Below are positions 36,007 through 45,564 of a stretch of DNA of 51,374 nt, one piece after another. The notes beneath the pieces were generated by a model. The model was not told the DNA's origin. It was given only the letters and a program-made list of their open reading frames with translations, and made no database searches. The translations under genes and the position numbers were made by a program. This stretch comes from an uncultured bacterium (GTDB lineage: Bacteria > AUK180), in the NCBI GenBank assembly GCA_937863565.1, contig CALMGJ010000014.1, forward strand, positions 87,817 to 139,190. The letters run 5' to 3'. How positions within the stretch are numbered: position 1 is the stretch's first letter; each line of letters starts with the position of its first letter.

Positions 36007-37407
36007 TTAATTTCCGCGTAAAAGAACTGACAGCCACGGCGAAGCATTTATACCTTTCAGTAATCGGGAAAGTTCCTTTTTCCTTTCTGAAGCCATTTTG
36101 GGAATGAAAACCTCCAGAAAACGGCAATAATGACCGAGCGCCAACGCTTCCTCAAACGGGTGCCCCAATTGCTTCAATATCCCGATCGCTTTTTCGAATT
36201 CAGACATCAGGGCCTTTATACGGTTCTTATCAAGTTTATTCACGACCGTTTCTGCCGTTGCCCTCAGAAACACGGCATTGGCGATGAGTTCGCTGTCCTT
36301 ATATTCTCCCGCCTTTTCCAGCGCCGTTTCTGCAAACTCGAGTGGAAAACCCTTTTCCTTTACCGGTGAATGAAGCGCGAGTTCCGCTTTCATGAGAGAA
36401 CATATGATCTCGAGCCTTTTTTCACCTATCTTCGGTAAGAGAACCTCCAGTTCTCCGTACTCCTTCCGTGCTTTCCGAACGTTTCCGCGCGCCAAATGAA
36501 TATACCCGCATAAATAATGGCAATAACCCAAATTAGTATAATCCTTGATCTTTTCGCTGATCTGCCCTGATCTTTCGATCGCGTTCATTGCTTTTTCAAG
36601 ATCGAATTCGATATAAAGTATCTTTGAGGCATTAAAGAGTATCGTGGATTGGAAAACGGGATCATTGATATCTTGAGCTATACGGAGCGCATGCTCAAAA
36701 TATTTCTTTGCTTTTTCATATTTGCATCGTCTCATATAGGCTACGGCGATATTGTTGCTGGTTATCATCTCGCCCTTCTTATAACCGAGCTTCTTCCTGA
36801 GCCTCAGACCCTCCTCAAGGCATTCGAATTGTTTCTCGGTCTCCCCTGCTTTCATATACCAGGAGGCAAGCCAGTTATACGTGATGGAAGCAATGTTCAG
36901 GTCCTTCTTCTTAAGTGAGATCGCAAGGCATTTTTCATAGCATTCCCTTTCCTTTTCCGTGTCTCCGAGGCCTTCGTAGACGACCCCGAGATTGAGATAG
37001 ACGGTTGGGCTGTCCCCTATGATGCCGAGTTTCTCCTTGATGGCGAGCGATTCTCCGTAATAGCTCAACGATTTATCGTAATCCTTCCGGAAGTAACACA
37101 CAAATCCCATATTGTTCAAGGCATAGGAAAGCATCTCCTTATCTTTGAGCCGTTCTGCCGCTTCAAGCCCCTTTAAAGAGTACTCTTCCACTTTGGAGAC
37201 ATCGTTCATAATGGAATAGCATTCGGAAATATGAAGAAGACATGTTATTCTTTCCTTTTCATTATTTAAATGCTCAATAACCTTCATCGCGTCATCCAGT
37301 ATCTCAAGAGACCTCTGCGGTTTCCCTACCGTATTGTAGAGCGTTGCCAGAGAGGAGGATGCCTTGATAAAGAGTTCTTCATTAATTTGTTTTTTTACGG
37401 TTCCCAT
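36007..37407 (-). CDS. Tetratricopeptide repeat protein
   Basis: Repeated ~40 aa units (LNNMG..Y...DYDKSL.YY..SL.I). Confidence 0.88.
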   Translation of the reverse strand: MGTVKKQINEELFIKASSSLATLYNTVGKPQRSLEILDDAMKVIEHLNNEKERITCLLHISECYSIMNDVSKVEEYSLKGLEAAERLKDKEMLSYALNNMGFVCYFRKDYDKSLSYYGESLAIKEKLGIIGDSPTVYLNLGVVYEGLGDTEKERECYEKCLAISLKKKDLNIASITYNWLASWYMKAGETEKQFECLEEGLRLRKKLGYKKGEMITSNNIAVAYMRRCKYEKAKKYFEHALRIAQDINDPVFQSTILFNASKILYIEFDLEKAMNAIERSGQISEKIKDYTNLGYCHYLCGYIHLARGNVRKARKEYGELEVLLPKIGEKRLEIICSLMKAELALHSPVKEKGFPLEFAETALEKAGEYKDSELIANAVFLRATAETVVNKLDKNRIKALMSEFEKAIGILKQLGHPFEEALALGHYCRFLEVFIPKMASERKKELSRLLKGINASPWLSVLLRGN

Positions 37408-37515
37408 AGCAGTTAATTATAAAGAATATTGGCAATTATTTCAATTCGAACGAAAAACGGAACCTGTCCGGGATGTGAAATTTTTAAAATAATGAAAAAT
37501 ATAGTAAAATAAACC

Positions 37516-37588
37516 GCACCCGTAGTTTAGCGGATAAAGCGTTGGCCTCCGGAGCCGAAGAGCAGGGGTTCGAATCCCCTCGGGTGCG
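37516..37588 (+). tRNA. tRNA-Arg(CCG)
   Basis: Acceptor GCACCCG/CGGGTGC, anticodon arm ttggc-ctCCGga-gccga, T arm ggggTTCGAATcccc; CCA not encoded. Confidence 0.95.
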
Positions 37589-37599
37589 CTTTTTTAGAA

Positions 37600-38421
37600 A
37601 TGAAGTTCGGTTTTATACTTAAGTTTATATTTATCCTTTTGGTCTTCTTTCTGTTCTCCTTCATCCATTTCCTGTTCAGGCTTTCGCTTGAATCTGTAAA
37701 CGCTTCCGTTATGCTTTCCTATTGTCTTCTTGCATTCATTATAATACTTGTATGCGGACGTGAAGCTATTAAAATGAACCTGCGCAAAGCGGATGTCATT
37801 GCATCCCTTTTTCATGTATTTGCTTTCCTTGCAGTTCTATTTATGCCATTTATCCCATTTATAAAATCCTCCCATCTCGCCGCAGTTCACTATACCGCCC
37901 TTTTTTCCCTCATCATCACGATATTCTATGCTGCCCTTTTCGAGGAGCTTGCCTATAGATATATCATATACGGGATCTTCAGGGAGAACGGGAGGATCCT
38001 GACAGGACTGATCGTATCGTCCCTCATTTTCTCGCTAAGCCATGCCGGGAATCCCGATATCAACATTTTCGGGTTTCTGAACATCTTCCTCTTCGGCGCG
38101 CTTTTCAATTATATCTATATCGTGCACGGCGATCTTGGTTATCCCATCATGTTCCATTTTTTCTGGAATATCCTCAATGCCCTTTTCATGCCCGGATATG
38201 TCAGCGGATTGTCGACGGATAAACTTATTGCCTATGAGCTCGGGGAAGAGGTCCCGCGCGTCTTTAGCGGCGGAGGTTTCGGAATAGAGGGCTCCGCGCT
38301 CTTGACCGTTCTGCTTGCCGGTTATGCGTTCATCCTGGTCAGAAAATACGGACTTGCTCCTCTTCTTCCAAAGGGACATACCGACCCCGAAGAAGGATCT
38401 TCAGAAGCTTCAAGCCGATGA
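37600..38421 (+). CDS. CPBP (CAAX/Abi) family intramembrane metalloprotease
   Basis: EELAYR, FSLSH, HFFWN, GGFGIEGS. Confidence 0.92.
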   Translation: MKFGFILKFIFILLVFFLFSFIHFLFRLSLESVNASVMLSYCLLAFIIILVCGREAIKMNLRKADVIASLFHVFAFLAVLFMPFIPFIKSSHLAAVHYTALFSLIITIFYAALFEELAYRYIIYGIFRENGRILTGLIVSSLIFSLSHAGNPDINIFGFLNIFLFGALFNYIYIVHGDLGYPIMFHFFWNILNALFMPGYVSGLSTDKLIAYELGEEVPRVFSGGGFGIEGSALLTVLLAGYAFILVRKYGLAPLLPKGHTDPEEGSSEASSR

Positions 38422-39893
38422 TAGCCGTTTCCCATAATGAGATCCGGGGAAGTTATCTGCCCTATCTGAGCGATGAATCTAAGCTTTCCGGTGATGCCGA
38501 GATGCTGTACTTCCCGGAGCATCCCGAAGAGTTGTCCGCAATATTATGCGAGTTATTCTTAACAGATAAGACTGCGACGATGCAGGGCTCGAGAACCGGT
38601 GTCGCCGGCGGATGTGTGCCTTTCGGCGGAACCGTTGTGAATATGGAAAAGCTGCGCTCGATAGAAATAAATGCAAAAACTGAAAGCGGTCTGCTCCTTA
38701 AGATCGGTCCGGGCGCTTCTTTAGCAGAAATGACCGCCTATCTGAAAAAGAATGGAGCCGATTATTTCTTACCCGTCAATCCGACTGAGGATACGGCATC
38801 TATCGGAGGGATGATAGCCACGAATGCTTCCGGCTCGCGTTCCTTCAGTTATGGCCCGATCAGGAAATATATCCGGGGCTTGAAAGTCTATATTCCCGCT
38901 TTCGGAGAATTAAGCATAAGAAGAAGCGAGATGAATATCAAAAAAGGCGTAATAAGGATCGGGAGCAGGCGATCCCATGCTTTTGAATCCTGGGACTTCC
39001 CGGACATCAAGAACAACGCCGGCCCTTACTATAAAACGGATATGGACCTTATTGACCTTTTCATAGGATCGGAGGGCATCTTCGGAACACTTCTTGAAGC
39101 GGATCTCCTATGCGTGAGAAGGCCCCGGCATGAGCTTATCCTCATGGCTTTCTTCCATAATAGACATGATGCTCTGAATTTTCTCGAGACACTTCGCCGT
39201 TCTCCCCGTATGCCTTCCGAGATAGAATATTTCGACGAGAATTCCCTTAGTCTGGCAAGGGAGGACCTTGATAAACTTCCCGCATATCCGTTCGAAGGCG
39301 CGCATGCGATCATGACCGTTTTTCTCTATGAAAAAGAGACCGAGATCGAGAATATTTATGAAATGCTCGAGAAGAGCTTAAGCGCTTCCGGAGGCAGTAT
39401 TGACGATACCTGGACACCGGGAAATGAGACAGAAAGCACGCGGTTCCGCATTTTCAGACATATCGTTCCTGAAGCTGTCAATAGAAGGATCGCTGCCATA
39501 AAAACGGATGAACCCGCTGTTCATAAAGTAGCTTCCGATACGGCTGTTCCCGTGAATCTGCTCGTTCCGGCCCTCAATGAATATGATAAAGCCCTTTCCG
39601 AAAGCGGACTGGAGCATTGCATATTCGGCCATATCGGGGATGCCCATCTGCACATCAATATGCTCCCGCGGAACATAAAAGAACTTGAAACTGCTAAGGA
39701 TACGCTGAGAAAGATCATGCAGACCGCAAAAGAAATGGGCGGAACGATCAGCGGCGAACACGGGATCGGTAAGATCAAAAAAGAATACCTGGCGTCTTTT
39801 TACGGCTCTGAGATCATTGCAAGGATGCGCGCGATCAAACATTTCTTCGATCCACATGCACTTCTGAACCCCGGAGATGTGTTTGACCGTTAG
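38418..39893 (+). CDS. FAD-linked oxidase (GlcD/D-lactate dehydrogenase family)
   Basis: GGMIATNASG, IGSEG.FG, FGHIGDAHLH, GGTISGEHGIG, LNPG. Confidence 0.92.
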   Translation: MIAVSHNEIRGSYLPYLSDESKLSGDAEMLYFPEHPEELSAILCELFLTDKTATMQGSRTGVAGGCVPFGGTVVNMEKLRSIEINAKTESGLLLKIGPGASLAEMTAYLKKNGADYFLPVNPTEDTASIGGMIATNASGSRSFSYGPIRKYIRGLKVYIPAFGELSIRRSEMNIKKGVIRIGSRRSHAFESWDFPDIKNNAGPYYKTDMDLIDLFIGSEGIFGTLLEADLLCVRRPRHELILMAFFHNRHDALNFLETLRRSPRMPSEIEYFDENSLSLAREDLDKLPAYPFEGAHAIMTVFLYEKETEIENIYEMLEKSLSASGGSIDDTWTPGNETESTRFRIFRHIVPEAVNRRIAAIKTDEPAVHKVASDTAVPVNLLVPALNEYDKALSESGLEHCIFGHIGDAHLHINMLPRNIKELETAKDTLRKIMQTAKEMGGTISGEHGIGKIKKEYLASFYGSEIIARMRAIKHFFDPHALLNPGDVFDR

Positions 39894-40470
39894 AAAGCCT
39901 TTTTTAATTTATACCGTTTTCGCCGTGCTTCTTTCTATCATGTTCCTTTTCTTCGGCGGGTATATCCCGACGGCCGTTTTCTGCAGAGAGCATATCAAGA
40001 TCGGAGTTTTCGCGGAATACATTGCCGTAGAGGGAAAGTATTTATACAAGAACCCTCTCCCTTTCCCTGTCACACAGCATCTCTACACCCCTTTTCCCGT
40101 TGACGGATCACATCCTTTTCCATACAATATCGATCTTACGGCTGCAGATGAGAGCGGAGATGAGCATGATATCGCTCCCCTGGAATTATCGGGGAAGCTT
40201 TACTTCAATATCCGCTTGCCGGCAAAAGGAGAAGTGACCGTCCGCCTTTACTACCGCCAGCGCTCGCTGAACAGAACATGCACTTATATCCTGAAAACCA
40301 CAAGAAAATGGGGAAGACCGCTTGAAAAGGCCGTATTTGAAGCGGAGTTCTTCGAAGGGACAGCTCCCGCCCATATCAACTACGGCCTCCTGCCAGCCGG
40401 CGAGAACAGATTTAAAAGCACATACTTTAATTTCATGCCCGAAAATGATATAATGATCTCATGGGAGTAA
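39877..40470 (+). CDS. Exported hypothetical protein (DUF4424-like)
   Basis: N-terminal TM, YILKTT.KW..PLEKA and F.P..DI.I.W motifs. Confidence 0.65.
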   Translation: MCLTVRKPFLIYTVFAVLLSIMFLFFGGYIPTAVFCREHIKIGVFAEYIAVEGKYLYKNPLPFPVTQHLYTPFPVDGSHPFPYNIDLTAADESGDEHDIAPLELSGKLYFNIRLPAKGEVTVRLYYRQRSLNRTCTYILKTTRKWGRPLEKAVFEAEFFEGTAPAHINYGLLPAGENRFKSTYFNFMPENDIMISWE

Positions 40471-40475
40471 GCAAT

Positions 40476-41390
40476 ATGCCAAAAAACCTTCGGAGGATTT
40501 TTCTGTTTGGATTCATTACTATTCCGGCACTTACTTTTGCCAATAACGGCCCGTCTCCTCAATTGGCGGTCCTGGAGATCATGGTGATCCCTGTTATAGG
40601 TCTTTTCATGCTTATAGGCGGCACCTATCTTGTAAAACAGAAGAAGAAGAGAATGAACCTTCTTGGCGGGTTGGCCGTTATTCTGATGATCTTCTTTTCC
40701 GCTGCGCATAACGGCCTCGCTCTTCTTGTTGTGATCATCTTCTCGGTAATGGCGCTTTATAATGCGATCAGAATGCTGACATGGGGAATAATAGCGGCTT
40801 TCTCAAAAAAGAGACCGGAGCACCTTGAAAAGGCCTCGGGGATAAGGCTCGTCATCGCCGGCGCACTTCTTACTTATCTTGGCGTGATCTTTATTCTCGG
40901 TTCTCTCGCACTGGCCCGCTGGGACCCTTTCCGCAGCCATGCCCGATTGAGATCTCTCAAGGGGTTCGTCGAATTCCAAATAGCCTATTCCAAATATCCC
41001 GACAATATCGATGGCAGGTTCATGGATATAAACAAAAAGAATGCTGATGAACTGGCGGAGAAAGCGTTGATCCCGCCGGACAGCGGCCTGTTTCTAAGGA
41101 GGGACAGCACCGAGATAGTTTACAGTGAGGGATTCAAGGATTTCAAAGTAACGATGATACCGCAGAACCCTTTCCCGGTATTCCCTCTTAATCTGATATT
41201 CAAACAGAGCAGTTATTATGCAGATCAAACGGGCGTAATACGGAGAATCCTTGTCTCGGCTCCTAAAGCAGTATGCCCCCCGGACGCAGAGATCTTCTGG
41301 GAGATCACATCGGAACAGTTAGAATCGATGACCCATTTTATCGGCGGAAGGGCGTATGATATTTTCTATTCGACCGGGACCGTGAAGTAG
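40476..41390 (+). CDS. Membrane protein
   Basis: Several TM segments followed by a soluble domain; GGAG SD before ATG 40476. Confidence 0.7.
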   Translation: MPKNLRRIFLFGFITIPALTFANNGPSPQLAVLEIMVIPVIGLFMLIGGTYLVKQKKKRMNLLGGLAVILMIFFSAAHNGLALLVVIIFSVMALYNAIRMLTWGIIAAFSKKRPEHLEKASGIRLVIAGALLTYLGVIFILGSLALARWDPFRSHARLRSLKGFVEFQIAYSKYPDNIDGRFMDINKKNADELAEKALIPPDSGLFLRRDSTEIVYSEGFKDFKVTMIPQNPFPVFPLNLIFKQSSYYADQTGVIRRILVSAPKAVCPPDAEIFWEITSEQLESMTHFIGGRAYDIFYSTGTVK

Positions 41391-41391
41391 T

Positions 41392-42372
41392 ATGGAAATA
41401 CGGAAGCGCGTTTTTTTCATCGTATTGATATTGTTCTTTATATTCGCCATAGGCGTTACAGGATACAGGATCATCGAAAAATGGAATTTTACAGATGCCT
41501 TTTTCATGACGGTGATAACACTGGCCACGGTCGGCTACGGGGAAACGCATCCCCTTTCCGAAACGGGACGGGTCTTCACCATATTCCTCATTATGGGCGG
41601 AATAGGTTTATTTTCATACAGCCTTGCCACTTTAGGCGCGATCATCGCGGAAGGCGAGATACTTAAACTAATCAGGAGAAGAAAGATGGAGAACAGGATA
41701 AAAGCCCTCAACGGGCATTACATCGTATGCGGCGCCGGCGACATCGGCATTCATGTCATCGAGGAACTTATTAAAACTAAAAGACAGTTCGTCGTGATCG
41801 ATCCTGAAGGAACGAATGTGATCAAATACAAGGACCGCATCGAGTTCTACATCCAGGGTGATCCGGCAGAGGATATCATTCTCGAGGAATCCGGCATTGA
41901 CAAAGCTGCAGGCATTTTCTGTGCTCTTCATAATGATAAGGATAATCTCTTTATCGTTCTGGCCGCAAGAAATCTCAATAAAGATATAAGGATCGTAACG
42001 GAATGCATCGAGGGCAGTTCCGTGAGTAAATTCTTCAAGGCCGGTGCCGACAATGTCATATCCACCAATCTGATCGGCGGTATGCGGATGGCTTCGGAAA
42101 TGCTGAGGCCGAATGTAACGGATTTCCTCGATATCATGCTAAGGGATAAAAGCAATGTGCGGGTCAATGAGATCCCTGTATTGAAAGACTCCCCTTTCAT
42201 CGGAAAGCCTGTTGACGAATTCAATAAGAATAATAAGGCATACATGACCACAGTAGCCCTGAAACGCGCTAAAGGCGATTATCTGTATCATTTTTCCGAC
42301 GATATCCTGCTCGAGGAAGGCGACACTCTTATCGTTATCGCCGACCCGGAAGTCCTGAAGAAGGTCAAATAA
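41392..42372 (+). CDS. Potassium channel with RCK (TrkA-N/TrkA-C) domains
   Basis: TVGYG filter, HYIVCGAGDIG Rossmann motif. Confidence 0.95.
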   Translation: MEIRKRVFFIVLILFFIFAIGVTGYRIIEKWNFTDAFFMTVITLATVGYGETHPLSETGRVFTIFLIMGGIGLFSYSLATLGAIIAEGEILKLIRRRKMENRIKALNGHYIVCGAGDIGIHVIEELIKTKRQFVVIDPEGTNVIKYKDRIEFYIQGDPAEDIILEESGIDKAAGIFCALHNDKDNLFIVLAARNLNKDIRIVTECIEGSSVSKFFKAGADNVISTNLIGGMRMASEMLRPNVTDFLDIMLRDKSNVRVNEIPVLKDSPFIGKPVDEFNKNNKAYMTTVALKRAKGDYLYHFSDDILLEEGDTLIVIADPEVLKKVK

Positions 42373-42379
42373 AGCGAGA

Positions 42380-42655
42380 CGCAGTGAACAACGAATAGTG
42401 AAAAGTGAACAGTGAAAAATGTGAAGAAGTTAAGAGTTGATAGTTAACAGTTAAAAGTTGATAATGGATAATTCAAGTCAAAAAAGATAACGGATCAACT
42501 CGTTAACTCGCGGGCGGTCCTCCGCCAACTCGTTAACCGCGTAATAGATAATACTTTCATATGCAACTCGCTAACTGAATAATAAAGCGAAGCGCAGCGA
42601 TAAATGGCATATTCGATCATTATGCAGTTAAAGGGTTAACGTGTTAACGGGTTAG
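42380..42655. repeat. Intergenic 7/8-mer degenerate repeat element between convergent genes
   Basis: (a)gtgaa heptamers, agtt(a/g)a heptamers, aactcgtt octamers; shares blocks with 50110-50295. Confidence 0.7.
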
Positions 42656-42663
42656 ATATTGTA

Positions 42664-43428
42664 TTAAATATTGATCTCCATCGTCACCGGGCAGTGATCC
42701 GAGCCCAATATTTCGCTCAGTATTCTGCAGGAGATCACCTTATCTTTAAGATCGTTCGAAACAAAAAAATAATCTAAACGCCAGCCTATATTCCTTTCCC
42801 GTGCCCTTGTTTTATAATCCCACCAGGTATATTGCTCCGGCCTGTCGTCGAACAGCCTGAAAACATCTGAAAATCCCGCATCGATGAACCTGTCGATCCA
42901 TTCCCTTTCGATCTTCAGGAATCCGGAGACGTTCTCATTCTCCTTCGGGTGTGAAAGATCGATCTTCTTATGAGCGGTGTTCAGGTCCCCGCAGACGATG
43001 ACGGACCTTCCGTTCCTTAGATCGGCCCGGCACTTCTTTAGGAAGGTTTCATAATAATCCATCTTAAACTTCAACCTTTCACCATCTCTTGAGCCGTTCG
43101 GAAAATAGATATTATAGAGGATAATGCCTCCGTTCAATTCGACGGAGATCAGCCTCCCCTCTTTGTCAAGGCCGTCTTTTCCCAAAGCATAATGGACCGC
43201 CTTGTGCGGACATCTCACGAAGGAGCAGACGCCGCTGTAACCCTTCTTTTCGGGTTCGGCAACATAGAGGGCGTAATCCGTTTCCTTCAGTTCGGCAGGG
43301 AATGATCCATAAGAAGCCTTTACTTCCTGGAAACAGAGGATATCGTATGCGCTCTTGAAAAGTGGTTCCAGAACGCCTTTTTTATGTATTGCCCTTATAC
43401 CGTTGACATTCCACACAAGGATCTTCAT
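42664..43428 (-). CDS. xth: Exodeoxyribonuclease III
   Basis: WNVNGIRA, QEVK, KGYSGV, GDLNTAH, YTWW, GWRLDY, GSDHCP. Confidence 0.97.
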   Translation of the reverse strand: MKILVWNVNGIRAIHKKGVLEPLFKSAYDILCFQEVKASYGSFPAELKETDYALYVAEPEKKGYSGVCSFVRCPHKAVHYALGKDGLDKEGRLISVELNGGIILYNIYFPNGSRDGERLKFKMDYYETFLKKCRADLRNGRSVIVCGDLNTAHKKIDLSHPKENENVSGFLKIEREWIDRFIDAGFSDVFRLFDDRPEQYTWWDYKTRARERNIGWRLDYFFVSNDLKDKVISCRILSEILGSDHCPVTMEINI

Positions 43429-44016
43429 TTATTTCTGCCTCTTCCAGATGAGAGCATACACTGCTCCTGCCGCTATTCCTGCCATATTACCGCGGAAATC
43501 ATTGAAAAAATCGGTCATAAGATTCTCATATGCGTTCGTAGCCCCGATATCGCCGGGTCCGAGCCGGAAGAAGCCTTCTCCCGTCCCGAACATGGCATAT
43601 CCCGCATATTCGATGAGTTCATTTAAAAGTCCGAATCCGAGCGTTATCAGCAAGGCGATGAAAATCCGCTCCAATATACGGGAGGGGAATTTACCGGTGT
43701 AATTGAAGGCGGCTATGCCGATGACAAGGGCGGATGTGAAATGGACATATGTATCGTATTCAAGCCCGAGAAAAGACATTTTGAAGAAACCGAAGGCGCC
43801 TAATGAATGAAGAAGCGGAAGGAAACAGATCATCGCGAAGATAAAGGGAGTGAGGTTGAAGATCCTTCTCAGATAATAGAGCGCCGTTATCACTGCGGAA
43901 AAGAACACTGCGTCCGCGGCCCATACCGGGCGGCCTGCTATAACGGCATAAGCGGATATACAGGTCTGAATAGATAAGAATGTCAGAAGTAATGCAAAAA
44001 AGGGATTCTTTTTAAT
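43429..44016 (-). CDS. Multi-TM membrane protein (DUF2238-like)
   Basis: YD..VH, G.LNELIEY and TD..ND motifs. Frame stays open 36 codons upstream of GTG 43908, so the start is uncertain. Confidence 0.7.
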   Translation of the reverse strand: MKKNPFFALLLTFLSIQTCISAYAVIAGRPVWAADAVFFSAVITALYYLRRIFNLTPFIFAMICFLPLLHSLGAFGFFKMSFLGLEYDTYVHFTSALVIGIAAFNYTGKFPSRILERIFIALLITLGFGLLNELIEYAGYAMFGTGEGFFRLGPGDIGATNAYENLMTDFFNDFRGNMAGIAAGAVYALIWKRQK

Positions 44017-44030
44017 AGTCCGCTAAACTA

Positions 44031-44717
44031 TTAATACCCGAAATTGAGCGCAATACCCGGTTGGAAAAGGTACCCTTCATCCGTTGAAGTATTGATATCA
44101 TTTAGATTGAAAGCGATCTTGTAGAAGCTCACTTCCGGCCTTAATGACAATTTTCCGAAATTCAGGCTGATGCCGATGAAACCGCCGTAGTAGTGTTCGG
44201 GGAATATCCCGTCGGAATCACTGCTTTCATCGAAATCGATATTATAATGCGTGTACATGTATTTCGGACCGAAGTATATCGTGATCCATTTTGCGGGGGT
44301 GAAATCAAGGATAGCGTTCACATAAACTCCCCATCCGCTCGTGAATATCAAACTCGTATACACGGCGCCGGCATTTATCGCGGCCCTGAACATCGATTCT
44401 CTGGGAAGCATTCTCCACTTGAAATCTAAGGCAAGGTTGGAGGAATAGAGTTTGAAACCGATGTCCATATTGTCAGCGATGCCGTATCTGAAGAACAGCT
44501 CAAGCATCTGGAATCCGCCGAGGAAACTGTTGGCGACATCTTCAGCGGTCGAGTCGGTATCCGAAGAAGTATCCATCTGAAGCGTTGAAAAACCCACGCC
44601 GCCGCTGAATTTCCCCTCCGGGACCGTATCGGCCGTCTGATAGGTCGACATCGAATAGCAGCCGCCGAATATCACTATAGCCAGAACGGCAATAAGAGAG
44701 ACAAGTTTTCTTTTCAT
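44031..44717 (-). CDS. Outer-membrane beta-barrel / lipoprotein
   Basis: Signal ending FGGC, amphipathic beta strands, aromatic C-terminus (LNFGY). Confidence 0.75.
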   Translation of the reverse strand: MKRKLVSLIAVLAIVIFGGCYSMSTYQTADTVPEGKFSGGVGFSTLQMDTSSDTDSTAEDVANSFLGGFQMLELFFRYGIADNMDIGFKLYSSNLALDFKWRMLPRESMFRAAINAGAVYTSLIFTSGWGVYVNAILDFTPAKWITIYFGPKYMYTHYNIDFDESSDSDGIFPEHYYGGFIGISLNFGKLSLRPEVSFYKIAFNLNDINTSTDEGYLFQPGIALNFGY

Positions 44718-44738
44718 TCCAAAACCTCCATTAATTAT

Positions 44739-44767
44739 ATTTTAGGACAATCTTCGGAAAAAGTCAA
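44739..44767 (-). promoter_or_regulatory. Host sigma70 promoter
   Basis: TTGACT-N17-TAAAAT upstream of a GGAGG SD. Confidence 0.6.
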
Positions 44768-44820
44768 TAATATATGGGAAAAATAGACCCGCGGGAGCGG
44801 AGAAATACGCATTTACTCTT

Positions 44821-45564
44821 TCAAATGCCGCCGTCCAGAAGCGTGTCAGGCAGTTCATTATCCCGCGCAAGCCGTAATGCGCCGTTCTTCATTTCTATAT
44901 ATGAGAAGTTGACGATCCAATCGCCGGAGTTCATATAGGTCATCCCGTCCTTTTCGGTGAACACCGGAAAATGAGAATGTCCGAGTATCACGCCGTCATA
45001 TCCGTAATGCCGGGCGAGCCGGAACGAGTTCTTTTCAAGAAAGGCCACCTCCTCCTTGCTGTGAACCGTGAATCTATCCGTTCTCGAGATCCTTTGAACA
45101 TATCTTAGAAAAAAAACCGGCGGGACGATGAGGGACAGGCCGTACATGAAACTTCTTTGTGTAAGGGCTTTAAGAGCGATATAGCCGATATCCACCGGAT
45201 TGAAGCCGTCCCCGTGATGGAAAAAATACTTCTTCCCGTGATACATCGCACCCATTCCTCTTTCATGATAGATATAGCCCTCGTCAATCAGTATCTTCCT
45301 GCCCCAGAAATCATGATTGCCCGGAATGAAATGCTTTTCCGGAGCGAATCCGCCCAATGCGGACAACAGTTCTTTATTGATCCCGTATCGCTTCTCGAGA
45401 GGTGTATAGAGAAGGTCGAAAATGTCTCCGAGAAGGATCGCGCAGTCGTATACTCCGCTTCTTTCACGGAGGAATTCCAGGAATTTCCTGCTGCCACTGC
45501 GGTTCTTCATCCCGTAATGAACATCACTTATGATAATAACGCTTTTGCCGGTCAGATCCGTCAT
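44821..45564 (-). CDS. lpxH: UDP-2,3-diacylglucosamine diphosphatase (LpxH-like metallophosphoesterase)
   Basis: SDVH, LGDIFD, GNHD, HGD, GHSH, NSGDW. Confidence 0.75.
   Translation of the reverse strand: MTDLTGKSVIIISDVHYGMKNRSGSRKFLEFLRERSGVYDCAILLGDIFDLLYTPLEKRYGINKELLSALGGFAPEKHFIPGNHDFWGRKILIDEGYIYHERGMGAMYHGKKYFFHHGDGFNPVDIGYIALKALTQRSFMYGLSLIVPPVFFLRYVQRISRTDRFTVHSKEEVAFLEKNSFRLARHYGYDGVILGHSHFPVFTEKDGMTYMNSGDWIVNFSYIEMKNGALRLARDNELPDTLLDGGI

Noticed and set aside
36007-37407. TPR proteins (also 48389-49558) as defence sensors
   Set aside because: No effector domain (CHAT, NTPase, nuclease) is recognisable and the context is housekeeping.
37516-37588. tRNA-Arg as the prophage integration site
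   Set aside because: It lies 3.6 kb beyond the integrase with three non-phage-like genes between. I saw no 3' duplicate in the window, and the dif-like site explains the boundary better.
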